32,000 nucleotides of DNA from Pseudodesulfovibrio piezophilus C1TLV30 (GCF_000341895.1 NC_020409.1:3602411-3634410), one strand, 5' to 3'; counted from the stretch's first letter, positions 1 to 10,224 are shown. The notes: a model not told the origin generated them from the letters alone. Translations and numbers: made by a program.

Positions 1-264
1 CCCAAGCGCGGTTTCAAAAATCCCTTCCGTGTTGAATATGAAGCCGTCAATGTGGGCCGTCTGATTGCCCTCTTCGAAGGCAAGGACGAGATCACTCTCG
101 CTGACATGTATGAACGCGGCGTTGTCAAAGATGGCGCTCCCGTGAAGGTGCTCGGCAATGGAGAAGTGACTCAGGCTGTGACCATTGAAGCTCATCGTTT
201 CAGTGCTTCTGCTGCCGACAAGATCGCCAAGGCCGGCGGTAACGCCAAGGCCGTTGAAGGCTAA
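1..264 (+). CDS. rplO: 50S ribosomal protein L15, C-terminal part (5' end lies upstream of the window)
   Basis: Frame 1 is open from base 1 (PKRGFKNPFRVEYEAVNVGRL...KAGGNAKAVEG) and ends at TAA 262-264. The sequence and its position directly upstream of secY fit L15 at the end of the spc operon. Confidence 0.9.
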   Translation, partial: PKRGFKNPFRVEYEAVNVGRLIALFEGKDEITLADMYERGVVKDGAPVKVLGNGEVTQAVTIEAHRFSASAADKIAKAGGNAKAVEG

Positions 265-290
265 CTCTCTAGAGTATCGGAAGGGTTATT

Positions 291-1598
291 GTGTCGATGT
301 CAGGAGTTGAGAATCTTGCCCGAGTGCCAGAGTTGAAAAATAAATTGCTCTGGACGTTCGCATTGCTTGCTGTCTACCGGATGGGCATCCATATCCCTAT
401 TCCAGGCGTCGACAGCGCAGCGCTTGCCGAATTTTTCGCGCAGGCGCAGAACACTCTCTTCGGGATATTCGATATGTTCTCGGGCGGTGGGCTTTCCAAA
501 ATGTCCATCTTTGCCTTGGGCATCATGCCCTACATCTCGGCTTCCATTATTCTTCAACTCCTGACAGTCGTGTCGCCCGAGTTGAAGCGCCTCCAAAAGG
601 AGGAAGGGGAAGCCGGGCGGAAAAAAATAACCCAGTACACCAGATATGGTACCGTTCTCATTACCGTGGTGCAGGGCTTTGCCATTGCATCCGGTCTTGA
701 GTCCGCTGCCAGTCCCACCGGGGCACCTATGGTCATCGATCCAGGCTGGGGGTTCAAGTTGATAACTATCTTGACCCTCACCTCCGGTACCGTGTTCCTG
801 ATGTGGCTGGGTGAACAAATGACTGAAAAGGGAATCGGAAACGGTATTTCCCTGATCATCTATGCAGGTATTGTGGCAGGGCTACCTGGTGCTATTTCAA
901 AAACCGTGCAGTTGATGACAGTTGGAGAAATCTCTCTGTTTGTTCTCTTGTTCATAGGACTCTTCATGGCCGCTATTTTGGCGTTCATTGTCTTTATGGA
1001 ACGGGGACAACGCAGGATTCCGATTCACTATGCTAAGCGTCAGCAGGGAAGACGTATGTTTGGTGGGCAGACGACACATTTGCCCCTTAAGATTAACACT
1101 GCTGGTGTTATTCCGCCAATCTTCGCTTCTTCCATTCTGATGTTTCCAGCGACTGTTGCACAGTTTTCGAATGTGCAGTGGTTGAAGGACATCGCGTCGT
1201 TTATGACCCCGAGTTCCATCATTTATAACATTTTATTTGTTGGAATTGTCATCTTCTTCTGTTACTTCTACACGGCAATCATGTTTGACCCAAAAGGAAT
1301 AGCAGAGAATATTCAAAAGCAAGGTGGCTTTATACCGGGCATTCGTCCGGGTAACCGCACCCGAGAGTATATCGATAAGGTGCTGGCTAGAATCACTTTG
1401 TGGGGTGCTTTTTACGTCGCGTTTGTGTGTGTTGTACCCATGTTTTTGATCTCGAACTTTGGAGTTCCGTTTTATTTTGGTGGAACTTCCCTCTTGATCG
1501 TTGTGGGTGTAGCCATGGACTTCATGGGCCAGATCGAATCCTACCTGATTTCGCGTCAGTATGAGGGTTTGATGGGCAAAGCTGGAAAAGGACGTTAA
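291..1598 (+). CDS. secY: Preprotein translocase subunit SecY
   Basis: 435-aa polytopic membrane ORF with SecY-type segments (GIMPYISASIILQLL, INTAGVIPPIFASSIL). GGAAGGG lies 5 nt upstream of GTG 291; ATG 297 is an alternative start. The gene follows rplO. Confidence 0.95.
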   Translation: MSMSGVENLARVPELKNKLLWTFALLAVYRMGIHIPIPGVDSAALAEFFAQAQNTLFGIFDMFSGGGLSKMSIFALGIMPYISASIILQLLTVVSPELKRLQKEEGEAGRKKITQYTRYGTVLITVVQGFAIASGLESAASPTGAPMVIDPGWGFKLITILTLTSGTVFLMWLGEQMTEKGIGNGISLIIYAGIVAGLPGAISKTVQLMTVGEISLFVLLFIGLFMAAILAFIVFMERGQRRIPIHYAKRQQGRRMFGGQTTHLPLKINTAGVIPPIFASSILMFPATVAQFSNVQWLKDIASFMTPSSIIYNILFVGIVIFFCYFYTAIMFDPKGIAENIQKQGGFIPGIRPGNRTREYIDKVLARITLWGAFYVAFVCVVPMFLISNFGVPFYFGGTSLLIVVGVAMDFMGQIESYLISRQYEGLMGKAGKGR

Positions 1599-1600
1599 CC

Positions 1601-2371
1601 TTGAAGAAATTCAGGGGCGTGTTCCTCAAAAACGAAAAAGAGATTGGCCTCATGCGTGAGGCCAATCGTATTGTTTCAAGAATACTCGATGAGCTTGGTG
1701 AAAACGTCAAACCTGGCGTTCCCACAATTCTCTTTGAGGAGATTTGCCGGACACGGTGCGCTGAGTACAATGTGCGTCCTGCATTTCTGGGGTATCAGGG
1801 TTTTCCTTTTGCCCTTTGTTGTTCTGTAAACGAAGAGATTGTTCATGGATTTCCCTCTGACAAACGCATCCTTCAGGAAGGCGATATTGTCAGCTTTGAT
1901 ATGGGAGTCGTATTCAATGGTTTTTACGGCGATTCAGCTCGCACCTTTGGTGTGGGGGCTGTTGATCCTGAAACAAAAAAACTCATGGACGTAACTCGTG
2001 AGTCTCTTCATAAAGGTATCGAACAAGCCTTGCCTGGAAACAACTTGTATGACATCTCCGCGGCAATACAGTCATACGTTGAAGGGTTTGGTTTTGGAAT
2101 AGTTCGTCGATTTGTCGGCCATGGGATCGGAAGTCATCTTCATGAGAAGCCTGAGATCCCCAACTTCGTCCCCAAGGGCATGACCGGTGTTCCTCTTAAA
2201 GCCGGTATGGTGCTTGCCATAGAGCCGATGGTCACGGTTGGGAGTTATGAAGTGGAAATATTGGACGATAATTGGACTGCAGTGACGAAAGACAGAAAAA
2301 TGTCTGCTCATTTTGAGCACACGATCGCTGTAACCTCCGATGGACCGACGATATTGAGCGCCTCCGAATAA
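1601..2371 (+). CDS. map: Type I methionine aminopeptidase
   Basis: TTG start 2 nt after the secY stop. Typical Map blocks are present: GYQGFPFALCCSVNEEIVHGFP, DIVSFDMG, GHGIGSHLHEKP, LAIEPM, EHT. The N-terminus aligns upstream of the first internal Met, so the TTG start is preferred. Confidence 0.9.
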   Translation: MKKFRGVFLKNEKEIGLMREANRIVSRILDELGENVKPGVPTILFEEICRTRCAEYNVRPAFLGYQGFPFALCCSVNEEIVHGFPSDKRILQEGDIVSFDMGVVFNGFYGDSARTFGVGAVDPETKKLMDVTRESLHKGIEQALPGNNLYDISAAIQSYVEGFGFGIVRRFVGHGIGSHLHEKPEIPNFVPKGMTGVPLKAGMVLAIEPMVTVGSYEVEILDDNWTAVTKDRKMSAHFEHTIAVTSDGPTILSASE

Positions 2372-2394
2372 TTCACGGAGATGAATTGTTCGGC

Positions 2395-2423
2395 TTGCTC
2401 TTTGTCTAGAAACGCTGTATAAG
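2395..2423 (+). promoter_or_regulatory. Candidate sigma70-type internal promoter ahead of rpmJ-rpsM-rpsK-rpsD-rpoA-rplQ
   Basis: TTGCTC (2395-2400), a 17-nt spacer, then TATAAG (2418-2423), inside the 128-nt map-rpmJ spacer. Sequence match only. Confidence 0.35.
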
Positions 2424-2499
2424 ACACAGCTTCGTTTAAAAGGCCAACCCCGAAAGGGGGCATGGGCATTATTGTTATTTAGAACGTTTGGAGACGGTC

Positions 2500-2613
2500 A
2501 TGAAAGTCAGACCTTCTGTTAAGAAAATGTGTTCCAAGTGCAAAGTAATCAGGCGCAACGGTGTTCTCAGGGTGATCTGCGAAAACCCGAGACACAAGCA
2601 ACGTCAAGGATAA
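2500..2613 (+). CDS. rpmJ: 50S ribosomal protein L36 (zinc-binding C-x2-C...C-x4-H form)
   Basis: Not in the supplied ORF track because it is under 60 aa. ATG 2500 is preceded by GGAG with a 6-nt spacer. It translates to [37 protein letters not shown] (37 aa) and ends at TAA 2611-2613. This is canonical L36 in the canonical position before rpsM. Confidence 0.95.
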   Translation: MKVRPSVKKMCSKCKVIRRNGVLRVICENPRHKQRQG

Positions 2614-2628
2614 AAAGGGTAAAATACT

Positions 2629-3000
2629 ATGGCACGTATAGCTGGTGTAGATTTGCCGAGAAACAAGCGCATGGATATTGCGCTGACCTACATCTACGGT
2701 ATAGGCCGGACCATGGCCCTGCAGATTCTCGATGCAACCAACGTTGACTGGAAAACCAATTCCGACAACCTGAATGCTGATGAGGTCAACCTCATTCGTA
2801 CCGAGATTGAAAACAACTATAAAGTTGAGGGTGATCTCCGTCGTGAAATCACAACCAACATCAAGCGCCTGATGGATATCGGCTGCTACCGTGGCCTGCG
2901 CCATCGTCGTGGTCTCCCTGTTCGTGGGCAAAAGTCCAAGACAAATGCTCGTACTCGCAAGGGTCCCCGTCGTTCTGTCATGGGCCGCAAGAAGAAATAA
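2629..3000 (+). CDS. rpsM: 30S ribosomal protein S13
   Basis: [14 protein letters not shown]...[26 protein letters not shown]-type sequence. Operon position fits. Confidence 0.97.
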   Translation: MARIAGVDLPRNKRMDIALTYIYGIGRTMALQILDATNVDWKTNSDNLNADEVNLIRTEIENNYKVEGDLRREITTNIKRLMDIGCYRGLRHRRGLPVRGQKSKTNARTRKGPRRSVMGRKKK

Positions 3001-3079
3001 GTTCGCTTAGCGACTATCGCATGTTACCGTTTTGGTATACATGCGTTGTATAAGACTTTTATTCAACGGAGATTATGGC

Positions 3080-3466
3080 ATGGCTAGACCTCGTCGAGCT
3101 GGGAAGAAAAAAGAGAAGAAAAACATCCCCGTCGGCATCGCCCACGTCAAGGCCACGTTCAATAACACGATCGTGACCTTCACAGATGTCAAGGGCAATG
3201 TTGTTAGCTGGGCTTCTGCCGGTGCTCACTTCAAGGGTTCCCGCAAGTCCACTCCTTTTGCGGCACAGATGGCTGCCGAATCCGCCGCCAAACGCGCGCA
3301 GGATTCCGGTATGCGGACTGTCGGCATTTACGTCAAGGGCCCTGGCTCCGGACGTGAGGCTGCAATGCGCGCCATCAATAACGCTGGTTTCAAGGTTACG
3401 TTTATCCGGGATATCACACCTATTCCGCATAATGGTTGCCGTCCGCCCAAACGCCGCCGGGTTTAA
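3080..3466 (+). CDS. rpsK: 30S ribosomal protein S11
   Basis: The track ORF starts at 3032. ATG 3080 ([36 protein letters not shown]...) has GGAGA 7 nt upstream and gives a normal 128-aa S11. Confidence 0.95.
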   Translation: MARPRRAGKKKEKKNIPVGIAHVKATFNNTIVTFTDVKGNVVSWASAGAHFKGSRKSTPFAAQMAAESAAKRAQDSGMRTVGIYVKGPGSGREAAMRAINNAGFKVTFIRDITPIPHNGCRPPKRRRV

Positions 3467-3481
3467 TTAAGGAGATTCACT

Positions 3482-4108
3482 GTGGCAAGATATACTCAAG
3501 CAAAATGCAAGCTGTGCCGCCGCGAAGGAACCAAGTTGTTCCTCAAGGGCGATCGCTGCTATACTGATAAGTGCGCATACGAAAAGCGCCCATACCCTCC
3601 GGGACACTCCGGCCGCATGCGCCACAAGATGAGCGATTACGCCATCCAGTTGCGTGAAAAACAGAAAGTTCGCCGTATGTATGGCATTCTTGAAGGCCAG
3701 TTCCGTGATTATTATCATCGTGCTGACGGCATGAAGGGAGTTACAGGTCATAACCTGTTGATTCTCCTCGAACGCCGATTGGACAACGTCATCTTCCGTC
3801 TCGGTTATGCAAATTCCCGTGACCAGGCTCGTCAGTTGGTGCGTCATGGCATCTTTAAGATGAATGGACGTCGCGTGAACATTCCGTCCATGCAGGTCCA
3901 GCCTGAAGATGTCATTGAGGTCCGTGAGGAAGCTCGTAAGATCCCCGTGATTAACGAGGCTCAGGAAGTCATCGCCCGCCGCGGCTGCCCCGAGTGGTTG
4001 GAGTCCGACGGTGCTAACTTCAAAGGCACGGTCAAGGCCATGCCGAGCAGGGACGACATTCAGTTCCCGATCAACGAGCAGCTCATTGTCGAATTGTACT
4101 CCAAGTAA
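3482..4108 (+). CDS. rpsD: 30S ribosomal protein S4
   Basis: GTG start with AAGGAGA upstream. [26 protein letters not shown]... is the typical S4 N-terminus, followed by an S4 RNA-binding domain. Confidence 0.95.
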   Translation: MARYTQAKCKLCRREGTKLFLKGDRCYTDKCAYEKRPYPPGHSGRMRHKMSDYAIQLREKQKVRRMYGILEGQFRDYYHRADGMKGVTGHNLLILLERRLDNVIFRLGYANSRDQARQLVRHGIFKMNGRRVNIPSMQVQPEDVIEVREEARKIPVINEAQEVIARRGCPEWLESDGANFKGTVKAMPSRDDIQFPINEQLIVELYSK

Positions 4109-4120
4109 ATAGGGGACTTC

Positions 4121-5161
4121 ATGCTTATTGAGAACGGCGACAAACTCATCAACACCCGCAACTGGAGTGAACTGGTTAAACCCGAAAAGCTCGCTCGCGA
4201 TCCAAAGTCCGGCGAAAATTACGGGAAGTTCATCTGTGAACCCCTGGAGCGCGGCTATGCCACTACTATAGGCAACGCCATGCGCAGGGTCCTTCTGTCC
4301 TCTATGCAGGGGTGTGCCATTGTTGCCGCCTCCATAGAAGGCGTGCAGCACGAGTTCACGACCATGCCTGGGGTTTTGGAAGACATGACTGAGGTGGTGC
4401 TCAACCTGAAGCAGGTTCGTATCGCTATGACCACAGATGAGCCCCAACGTCTCCTTCTCGAGGCGAATAAAAAGGGCCAGGTCACTGCCGGAATGATCCA
4501 GGAAAATCAGAATGTCAAAGTTCTGAATTCTGACCAGCTTATCGCCACCCTGACAGAAAACCGTCCCCTGAAGATGGAGCTTGAGGTGCGTATGGGCAAA
4601 GGGTATGTCCCTGCTGATATGCATGAAGGCCTTGCCGATGAAATCGGTTCCATCATTCTGGATGCGAGCTATTCTCCGGTTAAAAAAGTAGCATACTCCG
4701 TTGAACAGGCTCGTGTCGGTCAGATGACAAACTATGATAAATTGATCCTCGAAGTGTGGACAGACGGTTCTGTCTCTCCTGAGGATGCCTGTGCATATAG
4801 CGCCAAAATCCTGAAAGATCAGCTTTCCGTGTTCATTAATTTTGATGAACTTTCCTCTGAAGCTGCAGAGGAAGAGGAAGATGCCATTGATCTGAACCCG
4901 AACCTCTTCAAGTCAATTGATGAACTTGAACTTTCCGTTCGTGCCACCAATTGTCTGAAGGCTGCCAATATTCAACTTGTTGGTGAACTGGTTCAACGTA
5001 CTGAACAGAGCATGCTCAAAACCAAGAACTTCGGTAGGAAATCACTCGATGAGATCCGTCGAGTCCTTGACAGCATGACTCTTAAGTTTGGTATGATCGT
5101 TGAGGATTTTGACAAGAAATACCAGGAATGGATGAAGAGGAAAGAGAAAAATGAGGCATAG
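4121..5161 (+). CDS. rpoA: DNA-directed RNA polymerase subunit alpha
   Basis: 346 aa with N-terminal assembly-domain motifs ([21 protein letters not shown]) and C-terminal-domain motifs ([27 protein letters not shown]). Confidence 0.97.
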   Translation: MLIENGDKLINTRNWSELVKPEKLARDPKSGENYGKFICEPLERGYATTIGNAMRRVLLSSMQGCAIVAASIEGVQHEFTTMPGVLEDMTEVVLNLKQVRIAMTTDEPQRLLLEANKKGQVTAGMIQENQNVKVLNSDQLIATLTENRPLKMELEVRMGKGYVPADMHEGLADEIGSIILDASYSPVKKVAYSVEQARVGQMTNYDKLILEVWTDGSVSPEDACAYSAKILKDQLSVFINFDELSSEAAEEEEDAIDLNPNLFKSIDELELSVRATNCLKAANIQLVGELVQRTEQSMLKTKNFGRKSLDEIRRVLDSMTLKFGMIVEDFDKKYQEWMKRKEKNEA

Positions 5162-5558
5162 AAAGTCCGGTCGCAAACTGAATCGGTCGAATTCTCACCG
5201 CACTGCCATGTTCAAAAACATGGCCCGTGCGCTCCTGACCTACGAACAGATTCGCACTACTGAAGCTAAAGCTAAAGAACTGCGTCGAGTTGTTGACAAG
5301 CTCATAACTTTGGCCTTGCGCAATGACCTTCATACACGCCGTCAGGCTTACAAGGTTCTTGGAAGTCACCAGATGGTGCAGCGTCTTTTCGATGTAATCG
5401 GTCCTCGCTTTGAGGGTGGTACAGGTGGATATACCCGTATTATCAAACTCTCTCAGCCCCGTAAGGGCGACTGCGCTCCTATGGTCATTATCGAATTGAC
5501 CAAGAAAGCAGTCGATACCGCTCCTGAAGCGGAAAAGACTGAATCTAAAGAAGATTAG
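5151..5558 (+). CDS. rplQ: 50S ribosomal protein L17
   Basis: [25 protein letters not shown]... is the canonical L17 N-terminus. Overlaps the rpoA stop by 11 nt. Confidence 0.95.
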   Translation: MRHRKSGRKLNRSNSHRTAMFKNMARALLTYEQIRTTEAKAKELRRVVDKLITLALRNDLHTRRQAYKVLGSHQMVQRLFDVIGPRFEGGTGGYTRIIKLSQPRKGDCAPMVIIELTKKAVDTAPEAEKTESKED

Positions 5559-5570
5559 CGAATATTAAAA

Positions 5571-5601
5571 AGGGGCAGGCATGAAGCCTGCCCCTTTTTT
5601 T
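5571..5601 (+). terminator. Rho-independent terminator of the alpha operon
   Basis: AGGGGCAGGC (5571-5580), loop ATGAA, GCCTGCCCCT (5586-5595), then a run of T. Confidence 0.85.
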
Positions 5602-5643
5602 CAAATTTAGTATAGATATTATCAATGAAATGGATCGTTTCCT

Positions 5644-6537
5644 ATGGATGTACGCAAGCTTGATGCTTTTTGCAAAGTCTATGAGTTGCAAAATTTTTCT
5701 AAGGCTGGGGAGGTCATGTACCTTTCGCAACCGACAATAAGCTCTCATGTCGCGAATCTTGAGGAAGAGCTTGGTGTAAGGCTTTTTGATAGATTAGGTC
5801 GTAAAGTTTTGCCTACTCAAGCAGGACATGTGTTGTATGAAAGAGCTGTAGCTGTTTTTGAAAATCTTGATCAAGCTAAAGCTTCCATTGAAATGTTGCG
5901 AGATAAGGTTGTTGGTGAACTGACTATTGGGTGCAGCACTATTCCCTCGCATCACATCTTGCCAGGATATTTAGCCAAATTTTCGGCGAAATATCCTCAA
6001 GTCAGTTTTCATGTCCATACAAGTGATTCTTCAGAAATTATCAGACGTGTCGCAAATGGAGAATACCCTGTCGGTCTTGTGGGGCAGAAGCCTGAAGAAG
6101 AGGGACTTGAAGCTCTTGAAATCATGGGTGATGAAATTGTGGTTGTAGCCGCCAACAATGCTTCGTGGCTTCCTCAAGGAAATGGCTCAGTACCAATTGA
6201 AGATGTAGCGAGCCTACCATGGGTTATGCGTGAAAAAGGCTCTGCTACACGCCGTGTGTTGGAGTCTGCACTCGAAACTGTAGGACTGTCGTTATTGAGT
6301 CTGAATGTTCGCTGTTGGGTTGAAGGGACATGTGAAGCAATTGCTCATACTTTGAGCGGTGTTGGTGTCAGTGTCACATCCCGGTTGGCAACTGAAGAGT
6401 ACCTTAAAAGTGGGGCAATGAAACAACTTGATGTGCCTCAACTTGCCGGCAAAAGAAAATTCTATTTAATTTACCACAGAGACAGACACATGTTCCCAGC
6501 ACTGCAAACTTTTGTTGATTTTGTGCAATCTCTTTAA
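5644..6537 (+). CDS. LysR-family transcriptional regulator
   Basis: N-terminal wHTH (FSKAGEVMYLSQPTISSHVANLEEELGVRLFDR) plus a roughly 200-aa substrate-binding domain. No obvious Shine-Dalgarno sequence before ATG 5644. Target unknown. Confidence 0.85.
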   Translation: MDVRKLDAFCKVYELQNFSKAGEVMYLSQPTISSHVANLEEELGVRLFDRLGRKVLPTQAGHVLYERAVAVFENLDQAKASIEMLRDKVVGELTIGCSTIPSHHILPGYLAKFSAKYPQVSFHVHTSDSSEIIRRVANGEYPVGLVGQKPEEEGLEALEIMGDEIVVVAANNASWLPQGNGSVPIEDVASLPWVMREKGSATRRVLESALETVGLSLLSLNVRCWVEGTCEAIAHTLSGVGVSVTSRLATEEYLKSGAMKQLDVPQLAGKRKFYLIYHRDRHMFPALQTFVDFVQSL

Positions 6538-6549
6538 GATTGTTGAATA

Positions 6550-6581
6550 GCCACCCCCTGCGAAAAGAGAGGGTGGCTTTT
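6550..6581 (+). terminator. Terminator hairpin between the convergent lysR-type gene and mqnA
   Basis: GCCACCC (6550-6556) pairs with GGGTGGC (6571-6577), followed by TTTT on the + strand. It may also stop the minus-strand mqn operon. Confidence 0.6.
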
Positions 6582-6587
6582 ATAGTA

Positions 6588-7412
6588 TTAAGGAATGAAA
6601 ACCAACTCTGGGATGGTTGAGATCAAGTCGTTCTTCTTGAGATGCTGGTAAAAAAGTTCAAGCCCCTGTATTTCTTTACTGCCCAGATCATAGACAAGAC
6701 CATCAAAGTATGAGCACATTTCTTCTTCGTTAAGGCAACTGCCATCAGCTGCTAGAACACACATATCGTGAATGTGTTCGTTTCCCCAATCTTTTCCTTC
6801 TATTAATTTTTCACAAGCTATTCTGATCTTCTCCGGTGAAGCATGGTAACTCTCGCGCCGGACAATCCACACTCCGAAAATGAAGGGGAGTCCTGTCATG
6901 TTTCTCCATTCTTCCCCGAGATCTACACGGGATTGATACTCAGGATGATAGCGAAGGTTCAGCGCTTCATCACCAATTGCCAGGATTGCGTCAGGTAATT
7001 CCCCTTCCTCCAACTCTTTTGTTGCATCGCCGGAGACAAAATTAACTTTTATCTTCCAGAATTCCGAAAGTAAAATCTGAAGAAGAGCCGCTGAAGTGTG
7101 TGTCTGGGAACTGACAAGTATGGTCTTTCCCTCAAGTTCCTCTTTGGGGTATCGACTCAGTAAAAGGACACTTTGCACTGGGCCACAACTCCCGATGGCT
7201 ATATGAGGAATAAGGTAGTATTTTTCAAAGTGTCGAGCATATTCGATACTTGAATTGGCTGAAAGATCGAGCTTTCCTGCATCCATCAGTTTATTCAAAG
7301 CGGATGGGGGGCCAGAGACTATATTGAAGTCGTTCTCAATTAAATTCTTTTCGATCGGGTGATATATCGGAAGGACATTGAGATATCCTATTTTACCCAA
7401 CTGTATAGTCAT
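6588..7412 (-). CDS. mqnA: Chorismate dehydratase MqnA (futalosine pathway, VitK2_biosynth family)
   Basis: The N-terminus LGKIGYLNVLPIYHPI fits the MqnA pattern rather than the MqnD pattern. Periplasmic-binding-protein-like fold family. Its start overlaps the stop of the upstream radical SAM gene by 1 nt (TAATG). Confidence 0.75.
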   Translation of the reverse strand: MTIQLGKIGYLNVLPIYHPIEKNLIENDFNIVSGPPSALNKLMDAGKLDLSANSSIEYARHFEKYYLIPHIAIGSCGPVQSVLLLSRYPKEELEGKTILVSSQTHTSAALLQILLSEFWKIKVNFVSGDATKELEEGELPDAILAIGDEALNLRYHPEYQSRVDLGEEWRNMTGLPFIFGVWIVRRESYHASPEKIRIACEKLIEGKDWGNEHIHDMCVLAADGSCLNEEEMCSYFDGLVYDLGSKEIQGLELFYQHLKKNDLISTIPELVFIP

Positions 7413-8479
7413 TATTTCTGCTCCAAAAGAGTGTAATCCATGCTTCGTTGTCGTGCGGTCAGACCGGCGGCTTCGACTAACCCGTGTATCTCTTTCCGAG
7501 TAAGACGAAAGGAAACCCCTGCCGCTTTGACCACATTTTCCTCTATCATGGTGGAGCCAAAATCATTGCCCCCGAAAGAAAGTGCAAGCTGGGCTATCTG
7601 GGGTCCCATGGTCACCCAGGAGACTTGTATATTGTCGATATTATCGAGAACGATACGGCTAACTGCGAGCATTCTGAGATACTCAACACTCGTCAGCTTA
7701 CGGCAATTCGGAAGCTCTGTATTGTCCGGTTGGAATGTCCATGGGATAAAGGCTGTAAAACCGGATGTGCGGTCTTGAGTCTCTCGGATGGCAAAGAGGT
7801 GTTGCAGGCGCTGTTCAACTGTCTCGACATGGCCGAACATCATGGTTGCTGTTGTACGCAAGCCCTGGGTGTGTGCTTCTTCCATAACACTTAGCCATTG
7901 GTCTGCGGGGCACTTGTTCGGGGCCACTTCAGCCCGTACAGCATCTACAAGAATTTCCGCTCCGCCGCCTGGAATGGAATCTAATCCAGCCTTGTGAAGC
8001 CTTTCAATAACTTTGGCTATCGGGATTTTTTCTTTTTCACTCCAAAAAACGACTTCGGGTGGCGAAAATGCATGTATGTGCACAGTGTAATGCTTTTTGA
8101 TGTATCGGAGCATCTCTTCATACCATGAGAGAGGGATATCGGGATGATGGCCTCCTTGCATGAGAATCTGCGTACCACCCAGGTCGATCGTTTCCTGAAT
8201 TTTTTCGCCGATCTCTTCAAAGGTCAGGACGTACCCACCTTCCTGATCAGGTTCCTTGTAAAATGCGCAGAATTTGCAACAGCAGACGCAAATATTGGAG
8301 TAGTTGATATTTCGGTCCACGACATAAGTTACAATGGGGTTCGGATGTTTTGCCCATCGGACCGCATTGGCAAGGTAGCCTAGGTCAAAGAAGTCAGCCT
8401 CCTTGTAGAGGGTTGTGGCTTCATCAAAATTGATGCGGTTCCCATTGAGTATTTTCTGATAGAGTGAGTCAAGAATCAT
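7412..8479 (-). CDS. mqnC: Radical SAM enzyme of the MqnC/MqnE family, most likely cyclic dehypoxanthinyl futalosine synthase (MqnC)
   Basis: CxxxCxxC radical SAM motif within NINYSNICVCCCKFCAF, plus GGGAEIL and MMFGHVE blocks. FTAFIPWTFQPDNT resembles what I recall for MqnC. The MqnC and MqnE labels of this gene and the next could be swapped. Confidence 0.55.
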   Translation of the reverse strand: MILDSLYQKILNGNRINFDEATTLYKEADFFDLGYLANAVRWAKHPNPIVTYVVDRNINYSNICVCCCKFCAFYKEPDQEGGYVLTFEEIGEKIQETIDLGGTQILMQGGHHPDIPLSWYEEMLRYIKKHYTVHIHAFSPPEVVFWSEKEKIPIAKVIERLHKAGLDSIPGGGAEILVDAVRAEVAPNKCPADQWLSVMEEAHTQGLRTTATMMFGHVETVEQRLQHLFAIRETQDRTSGFTAFIPWTFQPDNTELPNCRKLTSVEYLRMLAVSRIVLDNIDNIQVSWVTMGPQIAQLALSFGGNDFGSTMIEENVVKAAGVSFRLTRKEIHGLVEAAGLTARQRSMDYTLLEQK

Positions 8480-8481
8480 GC

Positions 8482-9576
8482 TTATACCTCATTAAAGAAG
8501 CCGTCTCGTTCGACAGGAGTACAGCCACATCCGCGAATCATGGCTTCCAACTCCGAGCGAGTCATCCCCTGTTCACTGGTTGCACCGGCTTCGTGGCCGA
8601 TTTTTTCTTCAACGACTGTCCCGTCAAAATCATCTGCTCCGAATTTGAGCGCAGCCTGGGCTTGCTTCACGCCAAGCATGACCCAGTAGGCTTTGATGTG
8701 TGGGATGTTATCGAGCATAAGTCTGCTGATAGCTATTGTGCGCAGTTTTTCCAAGCCCGTGAGCGGATGCTCGATGGTAAGTTGACTGTTTTCAGTGAGA
8801 AAAGGCAGGGGGATAAAACAGGTATAGCCACCGCCTCGGTCCTGGGATTCGCGAAGTTGCATAAGATGGTCAATGCGGTGTTGACGGGATTCGATATGCC
8901 CGAAGAGCATGGTCCCGTTCGTTTTCATACCGAGCTTGTGTGCTTCCTCGTGGATGGTAAGCCACTCCTGGGCTGTTGATTTACGAGGGCAGATTTGTTT
9001 TCGCACCTCGGGAGCAAAAATTTCCGCTCCACCGCCGGGAAGCATATCAAGGCCTGCCGCTTTAAGCCGTGCCAAGACCTCTTTTGTCGTAGTTTCTTCC
9101 AACTCTGCGAAGTGGGCAATTTCAACAGCTGTAAAACATTTCAGAATGGCTGTCGGAGCTTTTTCTTTCACTGCCTGCAAGATATCTTCAAAATAGGCTA
9201 ACGGCAGTTTCGGATGGCATCCTCCTACTATATGAATTTCGCGGGGAGTGAGCGCAGTCGAATCTATTTTGGCGAGAACCTCTTCTTTGTTCAGGACAAA
9301 AGCGCCGTTTTGTCCCTCCTCTCGCTGATAGGCGCAAAAGACACATCCATTGATACAAATATTGGTGTAATTAATATGCTGGTTGATGACATAGAAAGCC
9401 TTATCCCCGTGCATGCGTGTGCGCACCATATTGGCCAAGGCTCCGATGGCCAGGGGTTCTGGACAGTCAAAAAGTGTCATCCCGTCTTCAAAAGACAGGC
9501 GTTTACCCGCGCACACCTTGGCGTGAATATCGCCAAGATCTTGGTTTTTGAAGTAATCATTTTGTAATAATTGCAT
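8482..9576 (-). CDS. mqnE: Radical SAM enzyme of the MqnC/MqnE family, most likely aminofutalosine synthase (MqnE)
   Basis: NINYTNICINGCVFCAY radical SAM motif, plus GGGAEIF and MLFGHIE. The CofH-like block YTCFIPLPFLTENS is the basis for the MqnE call. The paralogue assignment is tentative. Confidence 0.55.
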   Translation of the reverse strand: MQLLQNDYFKNQDLGDIHAKVCAGKRLSFEDGMTLFDCPEPLAIGALANMVRTRMHGDKAFYVINQHINYTNICINGCVFCAYQREEGQNGAFVLNKEEVLAKIDSTALTPREIHIVGGCHPKLPLAYFEDILQAVKEKAPTAILKCFTAVEIAHFAELEETTTKEVLARLKAAGLDMLPGGGAEIFAPEVRKQICPRKSTAQEWLTIHEEAHKLGMKTNGTMLFGHIESRQHRIDHLMQLRESQDRGGGYTCFIPLPFLTENSQLTIEHPLTGLEKLRTIAISRLMLDNIPHIKAYWVMLGVKQAQAALKFGADDFDGTVVEEKIGHEAGATSEQGMTRSELEAMIRGCGCTPVERDGFFNEV

Positions 9577-9585
9577 AAATATCTC

Positions 9586-10224
9586 CTAGTTGGGGGACTC
9601 TGTCAGGCCATGTCTCAAAAGGTCTGTCATAGCTTGGGCAAGGTCTTCCAATGATTGTCCACTTGGTCCGACTCCATGATCGAGAGTTGGGACTGTGTGG
9701 CTTTGAAGGAATCTGTCAAAGATGGAATGGATGGTGAAAACAGTAATATCGATATCCAGATCCTTTCGGAGTTGTCCTGAAGCTATACCGTCTTCAACCA
9801 GTTGTCGTAAGAATTTGTCGTGTGCCCGTCTTATTTCGGTGAGAAATTTTTCCCTGAGTGGAAAATTCTCATTGAAAAGCATTTTAAGATAGATGCGGTA
9901 GAGATGTGGATGAGACTGGGTGAATGCGCCACTGGCCAGAAAACTTTTTTCAATTCTTTGAAAGAAATCTCCGGAATCAGTATCGCGTATAGCTTTGAGA
10001 GGCTGCTTGAACTGTGAAATAGCGTCGCCGAAAAGATATTCGAAAAGTCCTTGCTTGTTACCGAAATATTTGAAGAGAGATCCTTTTGCAATCCCGAGTT
10101 TATTGACGATGGTGTTTATACTGGCCTGATGATAGCCGTGATCGGCAAATTCTCTGGTCGCTTCCGAGAGAATCCGCTGGCGTTTTTCATCGGGTAGATT
10201 TTCAAATGTCTTTTGAGGATTCAT
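9586..10224 (-). CDS. TetR/AcrR-family transcriptional regulator, first gene of the mqnE-mqnC-mqnA operon
   Basis: N-terminal TetR HTH (RQRILSEATREFADHGYHQASINTIVNKLGIAKGSLFKYFGNKQGLF). Only 9 nt separate it from the next gene. Confidence 0.85.
   Translation of the reverse strand: MNPQKTFENLPDEKRQRILSEATREFADHGYHQASINTIVNKLGIAKGSLFKYFGNKQGLFEYLFGDAISQFKQPLKAIRDTDSGDFFQRIEKSFLASGAFTQSHPHLYRIYLKMLFNENFPLREKFLTEIRRAHDKFLRQLVEDGIASGQLRKDLDIDITVFTIHSIFDRFLQSHTVPTLDHGVGPSGQSLEDLAQAMTDLLRHGLTESPN

Noticed and set aside
1599-2499. Absence of adk and infA between secY and rpmJ.
   Set aside because: The gene order secY-map-rpmJ without adk or infA is a normal lineage-specific variant of the spc/alpha junction. 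It is not a deletion scar. No remnants or pseudogene fragments are visible in the 128-nt spacer.
2416-3056. The 10-mer TGTATAAGAC occurs in both the map-rpmJ spacer (2416-2425) and the rpsM-rpsK spacer (3047-3056).
   Set aside because: Chance repeats of a 10-mer are expected many times in 32 kb, and a few times within the intergenic fraction alone. The first copy is explained as the -10 region of a candidate promoter. The second has no matching -35 element.
3032-3079. N-terminal extensions in the ORF track for rpsK (3032), hemB (27261), ahbC (28695), the OmpA lipoprotein (30068), mqnD (10339), uup (23268) and the Yip1 protein (31493).
   Set aside because: In each case a downstream ATG has a proper Shine-Dalgarno spacing and gives the family-typical N-terminus or a signal peptide. 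The longer forms lack an RBS, or they run through terminator hairpins or the neighbouring gene.
3467-4624. 385-aa minus-strand ORF antisense to rpsD and rpoA.
   Set aside because: Its codons are exactly aligned with the sense codons of both genes. Both start at positions that are 2 mod 3. A stop would therefore need the sense codons TTA, CTA or TCA, which highly expressed genes avoid. The translated sequence is low-complexity junk with no RBS or domain. It is a codon-bias artefact.
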